DNA of 64,000 bases from an uncultured Acidobacteriaceae bacterium (GTDB lineage: Bacteria > Acidobacteriota > Terriglobia > Terriglobales > Acidobacteriaceae), in NCBI GenBank assembly GCA_963746595.1, contig CAVVBS010000014.1, forward strand, positions 356,645 to 420,644, in the 5' to 3' direction. Below the pieces are notes generated by a model. That model was not told the origin of the DNA. It did no database searches and saw nothing but the letters and a program-made list of their open reading frames with translations. Positions 37,817-47,685 of the stretch are shown in pieces. A program made the translations under genes and the position numbers. The number at the start of each line of letters is the position of its first letter. The first letter of the stretch is position 1.

Positions 37817-38572
37817 TTAGTGCTCCAGGAGCAAAGTCAGGTGATCGATCAGCTGGTGAAACTGCTCCGAGCGCATGCAGTCGATTCGGCGCGGCCGCGC
37901 GAAAGGAACCTGGATAGCCTCAACGATCACGCCGGGCCGACCGCTCATCACCACCACGCGATCGGCTAGAAAGAGCGCTTCGTCCACCGAGTGGGTCACC
38001 ATCAACGTAGTCAGGCTTCCCTCCAGCCAGATTTGTTGCAGCTCGAGATTCATGCGCCGCCGGGTGACGGCGTCGAGCGCACCAAAGGGCTCATCGAGCA
38101 ACAGCAGCGTGGGTTCGAGACAGAGCGAGCGGGCAATTGCGGCGCGCTGACGCATGCCGCCGGAGAGCTGGCTGGGCCGTGCCTCTTCGAAGCCCTGCAA
38201 ACCTACCAGATCGATCAAATGCTGCACCCTGGCGTAGTCGACCGGCAGGCCGGCAATCTTGAACGGCAGCGCGACGTTGGCCTTCACCGAGAGCCAGGGC
38301 AGCAGCGCATGATCCTGGAACGCGATGCCTAGCCGGTGCTGGTCGCGCAGTAGCGCCGGTGATTCGCCGTCTACCAGGAGGGAGCCTGTCGATGCCTCCT
38401 CCAGCGCGGCGACCAGGTGCAGCAGCGTGCTCTTTCCGCAGCCGGAGGGGCCAAGCAAAGCGACGAACTCGCCGTCTGCGATGGTCAGGTTCACGTCCTT
38501 GAGAGCGAGCACGGAGTCACGCCGATCGAGAGCATACGATTTGCTGACACCATGGATCTCAACCTTGGCCAT
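37817..38572 (-). CDS. ABC transporter ATP-binding protein (nitrate/sulfonate/bicarbonate type)
   Basis: Walker A GPSGCGKST, signature LSGGMRQR, Walker B LLLLDEP. Confidence 0.9.
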   Translation of the reverse strand: MAKVEIHGVSKSYALDRRDSVLALKDVNLTIADGEFVALLGPSGCGKSTLLHLVAALEEASTGSLLVDGESPALLRDQHRLGIAFQDHALLPWLSVKANVALPFKIAGLPVDYARVQHLIDLVGLQGFEEARPSQLSGGMRQRAAIARSLCLEPTLLLLDEPFGALDAVTRRRMNLELQQIWLEGSLTTLMVTHSVDEALFLADRVVVMSGRPGVIVEAIQVPFARPRRIDCMRSEQFHQLIDHLTLLLEH

Positions 38573-38575
38573 AGC

Positions 38576-39952
38576 TCAGGCGATGGCCCTCTCGAAGCGG
38601 TCCATGAGAATGCCGTATTGACGTCGCAGCCGCTCCTTCATAGCCGCCAGATCGACGGTGAGCAAGGCGCGGTCCTTCATCACCACCCGGCCATCGATAA
38701 TGACTGTCCTCACATTGGGGCCGACCGTGCTCTCCGCCAACGTAATCATGGGATCGTAATTCGGGAATTGGGCATGGCCGGTGGATTCGACCAGGATGAG
38801 GTCGGCCAGCTTGCCCACTTCCAGGGACCCGATGTGCCGCTCCAACCGCGCCGCGCGTGCCCCTCCGCTTATCGCGGCACGCAGCATCTGCTCATGCGTG
38901 ATGGGAGGATCGATGTGGTACGGAGTTCCTCCCACTGCCTGCTGGCCGACCGTGGCTGCGTGCACTACCTCGAACATATCCAGGCTGCCGCGAGTCGCCG
39001 CGCCATCGGTACCTAGCCCTAGGCGAATCTTGCGCTGCAGCATCTCCAGCACTCGCGGCGCGCCCATGGTGTAGTTGTTGAATGCACAGTGACAGGCGGA
39101 AACATCGCGTGCCTGGTAGAGGTCGAGTTCGTGCAGGCTCAGCAGAACAGAGTGGGCGGCGTGGACATGCGCGTCGAGAGCCCCGATGTTCTCCATATAC
39201 TCGGCCGGCCGCAGACCCCATTTGCTGATGGCATAGTCCACCTCGTAAGTTCCCTCTGCCAGGTGAGTGTGGATGGGCGTGTCGAGCTGCTTGGCCAATG
39301 CGCTCATGCCGCGCGTCAGTGGAGTTGTGTTGACCATGATCTGGCGCAGAGAGAGCCAAGCATGCACGCGCGGATGATGCTGCCAGCGCTTGACCAGCTC
39401 CTCATTTCTTTTGAGAGCCTCTTCGGTGGTGAAGCGCGAGCCTCTGGGAATGCTCTCATCCATGTCCATAGTGGAGAGCGCGATGCGGCCGCGGATGCCG
39501 ATCTCGTCCGCGGCCCTTCCCATCTCATCCGGGAAGGGTCCGCCTGCCTCGAGAAAGCAAGTGGTGCCGCTGCTGATCATCGAGGCGTAGGCGGCGAGTC
39601 CGCTGCAGTACACATCCTCGGGTTCCAGCCCGCTCTCGAAGGGGATCAGGTAGCGGGACCACATGGGACTCTTCAACTCGCCCCTGCGCCGGATGGCGGC
39701 GATCTTACCGTGCAGAAACTGCTGTGCGGTATGGACGTGCGCATCGACAAAGCCTGGCATGGCGATCAGCCCGGTGGCGTCGATGGTCTCCCGCGCGCGA
39801 ACATGTTTCGCGCTCTCGGCCGTGGGCCCCATCCAGGCGATGGTGTTGCCCACGATAGCAATGGATGCGTCGCCCAGCTCGGTGCCGGCATCATCGAAGG
39901 CGACGATGCTGGCGTGATGAATCAGCAGGTCCGCCTCTCTCACCTCAGTCAT
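38576..39952 (-). CDS. amidohydrolase-family protein (cytosine/guanine/chlorohydrolase-type deaminase-like)
   Basis: GFVDAHVHTAQ metal-binding motif. 458 aa. Embedded between the SBP and ATPase genes. Confidence 0.8.
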   Translation of the reverse strand: MTEVREADLLIHHASIVAFDDAGTELGDASIAIVGNTIAWMGPTAESAKHVRARETIDATGLIAMPGFVDAHVHTAQQFLHGKIAAIRRRGELKSPMWSRYLIPFESGLEPEDVYCSGLAAYASMISSGTTCFLEAGGPFPDEMGRAADEIGIRGRIALSTMDMDESIPRGSRFTTEEALKRNEELVKRWQHHPRVHAWLSLRQIMVNTTPLTRGMSALAKQLDTPIHTHLAEGTYEVDYAISKWGLRPAEYMENIGALDAHVHAAHSVLLSLHELDLYQARDVSACHCAFNNYTMGAPRVLEMLQRKIRLGLGTDGAATRGSLDMFEVVHAATVGQQAVGGTPYHIDPPITHEQMLRAAISGGARAARLERHIGSLEVGKLADLILVESTGHAQFPNYDPMITLAESTVGPNVRTVIIDGRVVMKDRALLTVDLAAMKERLRRQYGILMDRFERAIA

Positions 39953-41001
39953 GCTTCTTTCCTCTCCATTGCCAGGCTTTGGTACGCCTCCTGGAGCAAT
40001 GACATGTCCATCAGCCGCGCCGGATCAGGTAGGCTCGTTCGACCAGCGGCGCTTGCGGCGACATACATGTTGTTGACCAGGTCCTGCTCCGAGATCCAGA
40101 AGGGACCCGGTGACCCGGGCGTCTGGTACAGCGGTAACTGCAGTTGGTTGGTGCGCAGCTCATGCTGGTACGTGAGCCCGAGATCGACACCGAATTTGTC
40201 CACCGCGAGCCGCGCTGCATACGCCGGATCAAGGTCATTCTGTGCCTTGCCGCGGAGGCGTGCCTTGAGCAATCCGACCAGCTCTGCTCGTCGCGCGTGC
40301 AGCGTTTGCCGGTCGACAAAGAGCAGCGTCGATGGGACCTTGTACCCGAGTTGGTCGAGCCTGGTCACAATGAAATCCACGCCCGGACGCATGCCCATGT
40401 CCTCGAGCATCAGCGGCTGGTTGGTAATGAAGCAGTAGTAGGCATCTCCCGCGCCATTGAGCAGCGCTTCGGGGGAAAAGCCGACGGGGATCAGTTGATA
40501 GTCGGGCGCAAGATGATTCAGCTTGAACATCGCCTCGATGGCGGTCCGCTCGCTCGGCCCTTGGACGAGAAAGCGAGCATGAGGAAGGTCCTCAGGCCGG
40601 CGGACTGGGCGCCGCGGCAGAGACATCAACGCGGCGGGGTGCACGGGAAAGATCGAAGCAATGATGACGAAGTCGTTGCCGCGGAGGCACGCATCGAGCA
40701 GCGGCAGCCACTCCGCTTCTCCGATATGCGCCTGGCGGGCGGCTACTTCGATCACTGGCTGCGGTGCATTTGGTCCACCGGGCCACACCTTTATTGCAAG
40801 CTTTTCCTGGCCGAAATATCCCTTTTCCAGGGCCACCCACAGGTCGGCGTACTCCACGTTGGGCACCCAGCCCAGGGCTAAGATGAGGTCACGCTGATTC
40901 AATGATTTGCAGGAACTAAGCCACGGCAGCGAGGCTAGCGCGGCGCCGCGGCGGAGGAAGGTCCTTCGACTCCATTGAGACGCGGCGGGCATGTGCTCCA
41001 T
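39949..41001 (-). CDS. ABC transporter substrate-binding protein (NMT1/THI5-like), Tat-type signal
   Basis: SRRTFLRRGAALASLPWLSSC twin-arginine lipoprotein-like signal and an NMT1-type periplasmic domain. Start at 41001 or 40992. Confidence 0.8.
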   Translation of the reverse strand: MEHMPAASQWSRRTFLRRGAALASLPWLSSCKSLNQRDLILALGWVPNVEYADLWVALEKGYFGQEKLAIKVWPGGPNAPQPVIEVAARQAHIGEAEWLPLLDACLRGNDFVIIASIFPVHPAALMSLPRRPVRRPEDLPHARFLVQGPSERTAIEAMFKLNHLAPDYQLIPVGFSPEALLNGAGDAYYCFITNQPLMLEDMGMRPGVDFIVTRLDQLGYKVPSTLLFVDRQTLHARRAELVGLLKARLRGKAQNDLDPAYAARLAVDKFGVDLGLTYQHELRTNQLQLPLYQTPGSPGPFWISEQDLVNNMYVAASAAGRTSLPDPARLMDMSLLQEAYQSLAMERKEA

Positions 41002-41152
41002 AGAATTTAATATGACAGGTTTGTTCGCGGGTATTGCATGCAATCTCAGGGCGCGTGGGTCGCGCTCTCGGGCACGAACCATTTCGTCGAGGCGGACTTA
41101 CTGCGCAGCGTAGTGGACTCATCAGAGATTCGTGGCGCCCTCGAGCGGAACT

Positions 41153-41514
41153 GCAGGTCCCTCGGCTATGCTCCCGCGGCAGGCTGTCGGCTGCGCTCCC
41201 GCGGCGGGGCAGGCGGGATGACAAATCATGGAGTGGCGCTTCCATGGGGAAAGTAAATAGTGGCTGAAAGAACTGCAGGCAGCTGTTAGAGGGAAGGGCG
41301 CACAGCAGGTCCCTCCACGGCACGCCGGGACAGGTCGGCTTCGACGGGATGACAAGGGGAGGGCGGTGACCTTTATTAGAAGCCGTCAGATCGGATGGAC
41401 AGAAAGAAACCGCGGGTCCCTCAACTGCGCTCCCCCGAATTTCCTGTCCAGCTTAGCTGCGTTGGCGTACTTCCTGCGGCTTTCTTTAGCGGGTACGCTC
41501 CGGTCGGGATGACG
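41153..41514 (+). repeat. cluster of three REP-type elements (CAGGTCCCTC...GGGATGACAA family) plus an associated 37-nt motif
   Basis: Copies at 41153-41226, 41303-41355 and 41411-41514, the last carrying an inserted second-family segment. The motif GGCGCTTCCATG...TAGTGGCTGAAAGA at 41235-41271 recurs at 55845-55880. Confidence 0.7.
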
Positions 41515-41579
41515 AGTGGTTTGCGCTCCAGTTCCACGGCAAGCCCAACGGTATACCGGTGCAGGCGGGATGCATCGGT

Positions 41580-43739
41580 CTATTCCTTGGGATCCGGGTT
41601 GCGGCCGAAGTTGTTGGTTAAGTAGTCCACGATTTCATTGAACTGCTCATCGGTTGCGGAGGCTCCGTGCTGCGCCATTCTCTGCACCGTCCCCGTCCAC
41701 TCGTCGCGATTCTGGCGATGGATCGTGATCAGGTCTACTGAGTGGCAGCTGTTACAAACCCTCTGCACCAGTTCCCTGCCGTTGCCTTCCGGCAAATGCG
41801 TTTGCACATTCAGAATGCTTGGTGTGCTTCCTGGCGACATTTTCCCGTCCAAGGCAAAGGCGACCAGGTTCTCACCCGCTGCGACCGCGACGTATTCTTT
41901 TCCGCTCTTGCCGGTATACACGATGGGAACCGCCAAGGGAGCCTGGTCCATTTTGAAGGACCACAACTCTTTGCCGGTCTTCGTTTCCAGAGCCCGAAAA
42001 TACTGGTCGAGTGTGCCGGTCATGAAGATGAGGCCACCCGCAGTCGTCGTCGGACCTCCGCGAGAGCTCGGTGCTCCTGTCTTGATTCCGTCCGGAATTC
42101 CGGCCATGGTGCCGTAGGGTATCTGCCAGGCAATGTCGCCGGTGTTCACGTCTACCGCGGTAAGCCGGCCCCAGGGCGGAGCCCAGCAAGGCCAACCGTT
42201 GGCGGAAAATGAGTATGCCGAAAACGAGATTGCCGATTGGGCCTTGCTCGGCTTGGTGCTGTAAAGGATCGGCGATTGACCATCGGGATCGGCATAGAGC
42301 GGTGCCGGCTTTGGATTGGGCTGGTTCTCGATGAAGTGAAGGGCGCCGGAATCCGTTGTATTGATGATGTAGTAGCCGAGTTGGGGATCGAAGGCTCCGC
42401 CCCACATCCAGGCTCCCCCCCAATGATCGGGAAATTGCAGAGTTCCGTTGGGAGAAGAGGGAGTATACGGGCCTTTGTTCACTCCGCCGCGCTCGAGGAA
42501 TTTTGCGTACCACTCGCGGCATGCGGCCTCGTGTTGGGGAGTGATCCTGGCGAAGTCATTTTCCGTAAAGGTTAGCCGGGATAAGGGTGGAGGCTTGAGG
42601 GGAAACGGCTGAGTCGGCGAATACCATTCGCCGGGCGCGTCTCCTGCGGGCACGGGACGCTCTTCGGCGCCGTAGATCGGCTTGCCGGTCACGCGGTTCA
42701 GAATGAACAAGAGAGGATTCTTGGTGATGACCGCGACGGCGGGGATTCTCTCACCGTGATGGACAACGTCGAAGAGCATCGGCGCCGCGGGCATGTCGTA
42801 ATCCCAGAGATCATGATGGATCGCCTGGAAATACCACTTCAGCTTTCCTGTCTTCACATCGACGGCAACCAGGGAGTTTGCAAAAAGGTCAGGCCCCGGA
42901 CGATCCACGCCATAGTGATCGTTGTTTACCGAGCCCACCGGCATGTAGAGGATTCCGCGCTTCTCGTCGATGGTAAAGAAGGACCAGACGTCGCCCCCGG
43001 CAATGTCCTTCCAGGAATCGCCAGTCCAGCTCTCATGTCCTTGCTCGCCAGGCCGCGGCACGGTATGAAAGGTCCACACCAGCTTGCCGGTGCGGACGTC
43101 CCAGGCGCGTACGTCTCCGGCAGGGCCCTTGGAACCGGTTTCGTCGTCGATGTGGCTGCCGGTGATCACCAGGTCCTGATAAACCAGCGGCGCGGAGGTG
43201 AGCCCGTAGTGCATGCGCGGATAGCTCTTCATCACCTCCGGCGTTTTGAGGTTGACGATGCCTTTGATGCCGAATTCTTCAACCGGGGTGCCTGTCTTCG
43301 CGTCCAGCGCATAGAGTTCGCCCTCTTCCGTGCCGAATAGAATGCGCGGCCGCCCGCACCTTGTCTCCCGGCCAGTAGGCCAGGCTTCGCATCGACGACA
43401 ACCCAGGGCCCCGGTAAGGGCAATTGGGCGCGGTATATTGCCAAAACTGCTGACCGGTCTCCGGGTCGAGCGCAGCGACGTGACAGAAGGGCCACGAGAC
43501 ATACATGCGGCCGTTCACCACCAGGGGCACGGATTCTATCGTCCTGCTGCCAGTACGGTCGGCCTGGTGGGTGAGCGGGTAGGTCCACACGGGCGCCAAC
43601 CGGGAGACGTTCTGCACATCGATCTGCTTCAGCGGCGAATATCGTTGCGCCTGATGATCGTGGCCGACGTCTGGCCAGTCGCTTTGCGCATGTCCACGGG
43701 CAAGAGAGAAACGAAGACGACGAAGGCAATGATTCGCAA
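41580..43739 (-). pseudogene. PQQ-dependent quinohemoprotein dehydrogenase (C-terminal cytochrome c domain), two frameshifts
   Basis: The signal peptide RIIAFVVFVSLLPV (TTG at 43739), the DWPDVGHDHQAQRYSPL...YWPGD segment and the GRPRILFGTEEGELYALDAKTG...CNSCHSV segment lie in three frames (breaks about 43690 and 43360). Confidence 0.8.
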
Positions 43740-43819
43740 CGCAAAAGTACTCCCTGCTTGACAGGAAATCCGGAATGCGAGTGTACCGGTTGCGATGGCG
43801 CAAAGTCACCGGATCGTCA

Positions 43820-44490
43820 TCATCTCGTCAACCAGGCTTCGAAGCCAATGGGCGAGGAATCAATCCGCGGTTCGATCCAGCCTGCTTCGATGGCCATGCG
43901 CCGAATCTCTTCCAGCCGATAGGCGCGTCTGATCAACATACCGCGGAAGACCGCCATCATGAACCAGCGGTTCAGCAGATTTACACCCAGCCCATCTACA
44001 TACCGCTTCAGCTCCTCGACCTTAACGTCCCGCCGCATATCGATCAGCAGCGCCGTTCCACCAGGACGCAGAACGCGCCGCATCTCCGAGAGTGCCTTCA
44101 CCGGCTCAGCTGAAGTTTTTAAAGGCCGCCCGGCACACCACGAAGTCCACACTTCCATCCTCTACCGGCAAAGCCGCCGCGTTGCCCACTTCGAACCGCG
44201 CTTGCACACCGTCCGCGGCCGCGTTGCGCTGGGCGATCTCGACAAAGGTCTTGCTGATGTCGACCCCTCGCACCTGCAATCCGCGTTTGGCCAGTTCGAT
44301 CGAAAGAAAGCCCGGGCCCGGCGCTACCTCGAGCACTGCGCCGCCGGCAGGGAACCACCGCCGCGATGCGCAGCGCCAACGCCTTGAACTCCGGCATGTC
44401 TTTGCGCGTGGTGCGGTCATACCAGCGCGCCGTGCTGCCTTCCATGCCCATTCCCTTGTAAGCTTTGACTGTTGCGGTCATTTGTTTCAT
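43820..44490 (-). pseudogene. class I SAM-dependent methyltransferase, two frameshifts
   Basis: The N-terminus, the VLEVAPGPGFLSIELAKRG motif I segment and the RVLRPGGTALLID segment lie in three frames (breaks about 44355 and 44110). Confidence 0.75.
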
Positions 44491-44494
44491 CCTC

Positions 44495-44521
44495 CATGTA
44501 TCTTATAAAATAAGATACATG
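44495..44521. promoter_or_regulatory. perfect 12-3-12 palindrome, candidate MarR operator
   Basis: CATGTATCTTAT-AAA-ATAAGATACATG lies in the 56-nt gap between the divergent methyltransferase and MarR genes. Confidence 0.5.
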
Positions 44522-44546
44522 GATAGTAAGGCATATGTGAGTTTGC

Positions 44547-45062
44547 ATGTCTATATCCACTAAAGCCAAATCGCGCCGTGTTGCGGCTGCCAAAGCGGAC
44601 CTCACCAAGTTGCCGGCGCCGGTCACTACCGCCGACCGCGTCGTCCTCGAAATCCGCAAGTTCATCGCCGCAGGCATCTTCTTCAATGCCCAAGCGGCGG
44701 AAAAGGCTGGTCTTGGCCTTACCGACATGCAGCTGCTCCATATGCTGCAGCTCTACGGCCCCTCCACGCCCAGCCGGCTGGCAGCGATGGACGCGCCTGA
44801 GCAGCGGAGGCATCACGGTTGCGCTGGACCGGCTGGAGAAGGCGGGCTACCTCCGCCGCGAGGCCAATCCTGCAGACCGGCGCAGCCTGCTGATCACGCT
44901 CATACCCACGCGTTTACGCAAAATTGCCGCCATGTATGAAGGAGTAGAAAACGAGACCCGTCGCCTGCTGGCTACGCTGCCGCAGGCCGATCTTGAAGCG
45001 GTGGTCCGCTTCTTCGAGGCCATGCACGCCGTCAGGACAGAGCGAAGAGCCGGCGCAACCTT
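44547..45062 (+). pseudogene. MarR-family transcriptional regulator, frameshifted near 44790
   Basis: ...LQLYGPSTPSRLAA continues in another frame as ...LSSGGITVALDRLEKAGYLRREANPADRRSLLITL. The 3' end is uncertain (the frame stays open to 45207). Confidence 0.7.
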
Positions 45063-45084
45063 AACTCAGGAGCGGCGCGCAGTT

Positions 45085-45945
45085 TTAGCGACGCGCGGTC
45101 TCGGTGACCGCGGCATCCAAGCGCGCTGCGATCGCCGGGAAGGCTGGCGTGGGTCCGTTCCATCGCAGTTGGTCCACGTCGTCGAAGAGTGGGATATCTG
45201 TGCGTAGCGTCGCCAGGGTTCGAAAGAGCTGAGCGTGTTCCCACTCTCGTGCGAGCGTGGTGGCGAGAGTGCCCGCACTCGCCGCGTTCACGCGCCACTC
45301 GCGGTGGTCCTTGGGGATGGATTCCAAGATGAATATACTTGGCCAGCACCGCGGCGGAGGACTTCGCACCCCAGCCCTGCAACCCCGGATAGCCATCCGC
45401 CGCGTCGCCCACCAGTGCCAGGTAGTCGGGGATCGACTCCGGCGGTAACTCCGAATTTTTGGATCACACCAGCCTCGTCGAAGGTGACGCGTGTTCTGCG
45501 ATTCAACTGGACAACCCGCGTGCCGCGGACGCATTGTGCGAGATCTTTGTCTGGGGTGCAGATGATCACGCGATCGACTCGCGTATCCTGTGCCGCCAGG
45601 GATGCGGCGGCGGCGAGGGCGTCATCTGCTTCGAACTCGACCATGGGCCAGACGACGATCCCCGCTGCGGAGAGGACCTCCTCGAGTGGATGGAATTGCG
45701 CCAGCAGGTCGGGTTCGACGCCTTCGCCGGTTTTATAGCCAGGCCAGAGTCCGTTGCGGAAGGACTCGATCACGTGATCGGTCGCGACGGCAACGTGGGT
45801 GGCGCCTTCTTTGATCAGGCCCAAGACGGACGCTAGCACGCCGCGGACGGCTCCGACTTCGTGGCCCTCGGCGTCGCGTGCGGAGGGTACGCGTAGTAGT
45901 GCCGGAATAGCTCGTAGGTGCCGTCGATCAGATGGACGTTCAGGG
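45085..45945 (-). pseudogene. 5'-3' exonuclease (FEN/Pol I N-terminal-like), at least three frameshifts and no in-frame start codon
   Basis: Across the locus the frame changes at least three times. The segments are LIDGTYELFRHYYA, then GHEVGAVRGV...ATHVAVATDHVIESFRN...EADDAL, then DYLALVGDAADGYPGL.GWGAKSSA, then the C-terminus (breaks about 45895, 45445 and 45325). Confidence 0.75.
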
Positions 45946-46000
45946 TGGGAGCTCCAGAAACAACCCTATAGGAGGGGCGGGGGTGGGATCAACTGATGAA

Positions 46001-46168
46001 CCGCAGGTCCCTCGGCTCCCTCCGGATTTCCTGTGAGGCTTAGTGGCGTTGGTAAATCTCGTGCGGCTTTCTTTAAAGAAAGCCGCATACCTTGCCGTTG
46101 GTTGGTGCAGCGTAGTAGGAAATCCAGAGTCCGCTCCCACGGCACGCCGGGGCAGGCGGGGTGACAAG
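46001..46168 (+). repeat. composite REP-type element (family-1 ends with an inserted hairpin-containing segment)
   Basis: CCGCAGGTCCCTCGG...GCGGCTTTCTTTAAAGAAAGCCGC...CACGGCACGCCGGGGCAGGCGGGGTGACAAG. Confidence 0.7.
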
Positions 46169-46270
46169 TTAAGGGTGACTACTCACCCTGATATCCGATA
46201 ACCGAAGGGGCAGATGAAGCCCTTTCTTCGTCACGGAACTAGAGAGGTGCTGGGACCTTAGGTGCTACGT

Positions 46271-46445
46271 ATCCCACTCAAGCCAAAAGAGGGCTTGAAC
46301 CCCAATTTCCTGCCACGCTGCGCTAGAGAGGTCCGCGTGTGCGCTTTTCAATAAGGCAAGGCGCATAGAGTTTATCAACGCTACCAGCCTCCACAGGAAA
46401 TCGGGGCAAATGGGGCACCCAGCATTTGTTCCGGTGTGGCAAAAC
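46271..46445 (+). repeat. 175-nt intergenic repeat, copy 1
   Basis: About 11 differences over 176 aligned positions against 52571-52746, in the same orientation. Confidence 0.85.
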
Positions 46446-46478
46446 GATTAACAGAGACGCCCAGTGGAGACTCTCACG

Positions 46479-47573
46479 CTAGCGAAGCAGGGCGGAGGCG
46501 GCCCATAGGACGGGAGCTTGCCCGTGGAAGTCGCCGGTTATGCGCTTTCTTTGCATGTAGTAATCGTAGTTGTTCTTTTTGCCGGTGCCTTCACAGACGC
46601 TGGTTATGTTTTGATTTTGATCGATGTAGCCAGTTACGGCGATCCAGGCGTTGCGCGCGGCTGGGCCGTAGGTTTTGGCGTCGAGCCAGCCGTTCTTTAC
46701 TCCCGTGATCAGAGCGAAGGTGAACATCGCGGAACTTGAACTCTCAGGCCACGCCTCATCGTGATCGATCAGCTGACGCCACATCCCATCCTTTCCTTGA
46801 TACTTGACGAGCGCAGTCATCATCGCCAAGTAACCTTTGAGAATGCGGGCCCGCTGGGGGTGATCCTGAGGGAGCTCACGTAGTATCTCTGCCATGCCGG
46901 CGGCTACCCAGCCGTCTCCGCGGCCCCAGTAGAACGGGACGTCGGGAGCGTGATAGAAAAGTCCGTTGGGCTGCTGTAGCTGGTCCAGATAGGCCACCAT
47001 CTCGACCGCATCGCGATCCAGATATTTTTTGTCTCCCGTCGCGCGATAGGCCTCCAACTGCAGGATCGTCAGCATATACATGTCGTCGATCCAGAAGCGG
47101 GTCTCGGCCGATAACCCATCCGGCCGTGGATTTTCCCATTGCCGGTCGGCCCAAGCTTTTCCAGTTGCCAGGTACTTCGCATCCTTGGTCTCTATCGCTA
47201 TCTCCAGCGGCACGACGCCAAAAATGGAGTCGTCCACATGGTGGCGCACCGGGATACGCGCCGTCTCTGCCCCACCCGGCATCAGTGGCTCAAAGCGATG
47301 AATCAGCTCTGTGCGCAGTGCGTCATCATGCGTCAGCGAAGCGAAGGTAAGACCGCCGTACCAGGTGGCAACTTCGGAGTAATGGATGGTCGGGCCGTAC
47401 TGGTGCGGGCTGGTGACGAAGTGCTCCGCAACCCGTTTGCCAACTTCCTGGGGAGAGAGGCCGACAGGCCAGTTGGTGAAGTAGGTGTTTTCCTGCCCGA
47501 ACGCGCTCAGGTTGAGGGCGAGGATCACTGCCGCACATAGGGACGCAATCTTGAGTCTTTCCGGGCGCTTCAT
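46479..47573 (-). CDS. GH105/GH88-family unsaturated rhamnogalacturonyl/glucuronyl hydrolase, secreted
   Basis: Signal peptide, plus WIDDMYM and WGRGDGW motifs typical of YteR/YesR-like enzymes. Intact. Confidence 0.85.
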   Translation of the reverse strand: MKRPERLKIASLCAAVILALNLSAFGQENTYFTNWPVGLSPQEVGKRVAEHFVTSPHQYGPTIHYSEVATWYGGLTFASLTHDDALRTELIHRFEPLMPGGAETARIPVRHHVDDSIFGVVPLEIAIETKDAKYLATGKAWADRQWENPRPDGLSAETRFWIDDMYMLTILQLEAYRATGDKKYLDRDAVEMVAYLDQLQQPNGLFYHAPDVPFYWGRGDGWVAAGMAEILRELPQDHPQRARILKGYLAMMTALVKYQGKDGMWRQLIDHDEAWPESSSSAMFTFALITGVKNGWLDAKTYGPAARNAWIAVTGYIDQNQNITSVCEGTGKKNNYDYYMQRKRITGDFHGQAPVLWAASALLR

Positions 47574-47685
47574 TTCAGTCCTTCCCCAGCGGCACTAGTG
47601 TACTGGATCGCGCTTTCCGGAGTAGCATCGATACCGGCCAGCACATCGTCCGCCGGAGACTCATTGCCTATCCCTACCCAAGTCG

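Noticed and set aside
41002-41100. TPP-riboswitch-like half motif (GTGCC...CTGAGA...TACCC...ACCTG) in the 5' leader of the NMT1/THI5-type ABC operon
   Set aside because: Only the 5' half resembles the aptamer. The pyrophosphate-sensing helix (ATCTGGATAATGCCAGCG.AGGGA) is absent, and the sequence runs directly into the start codon. A covariance-model scan (Rfam RF00059) would settle it.
41153-41514. Possible CRISPR array suggested by closely spaced repeats
   Set aside because: The repeat units are imperfect, of variable length (33-170 nt) and irregularly spaced. They contain internal palindromes, occur at many loci, and no cas genes are present. This is a REP/MITE-type family, not CRISPR.
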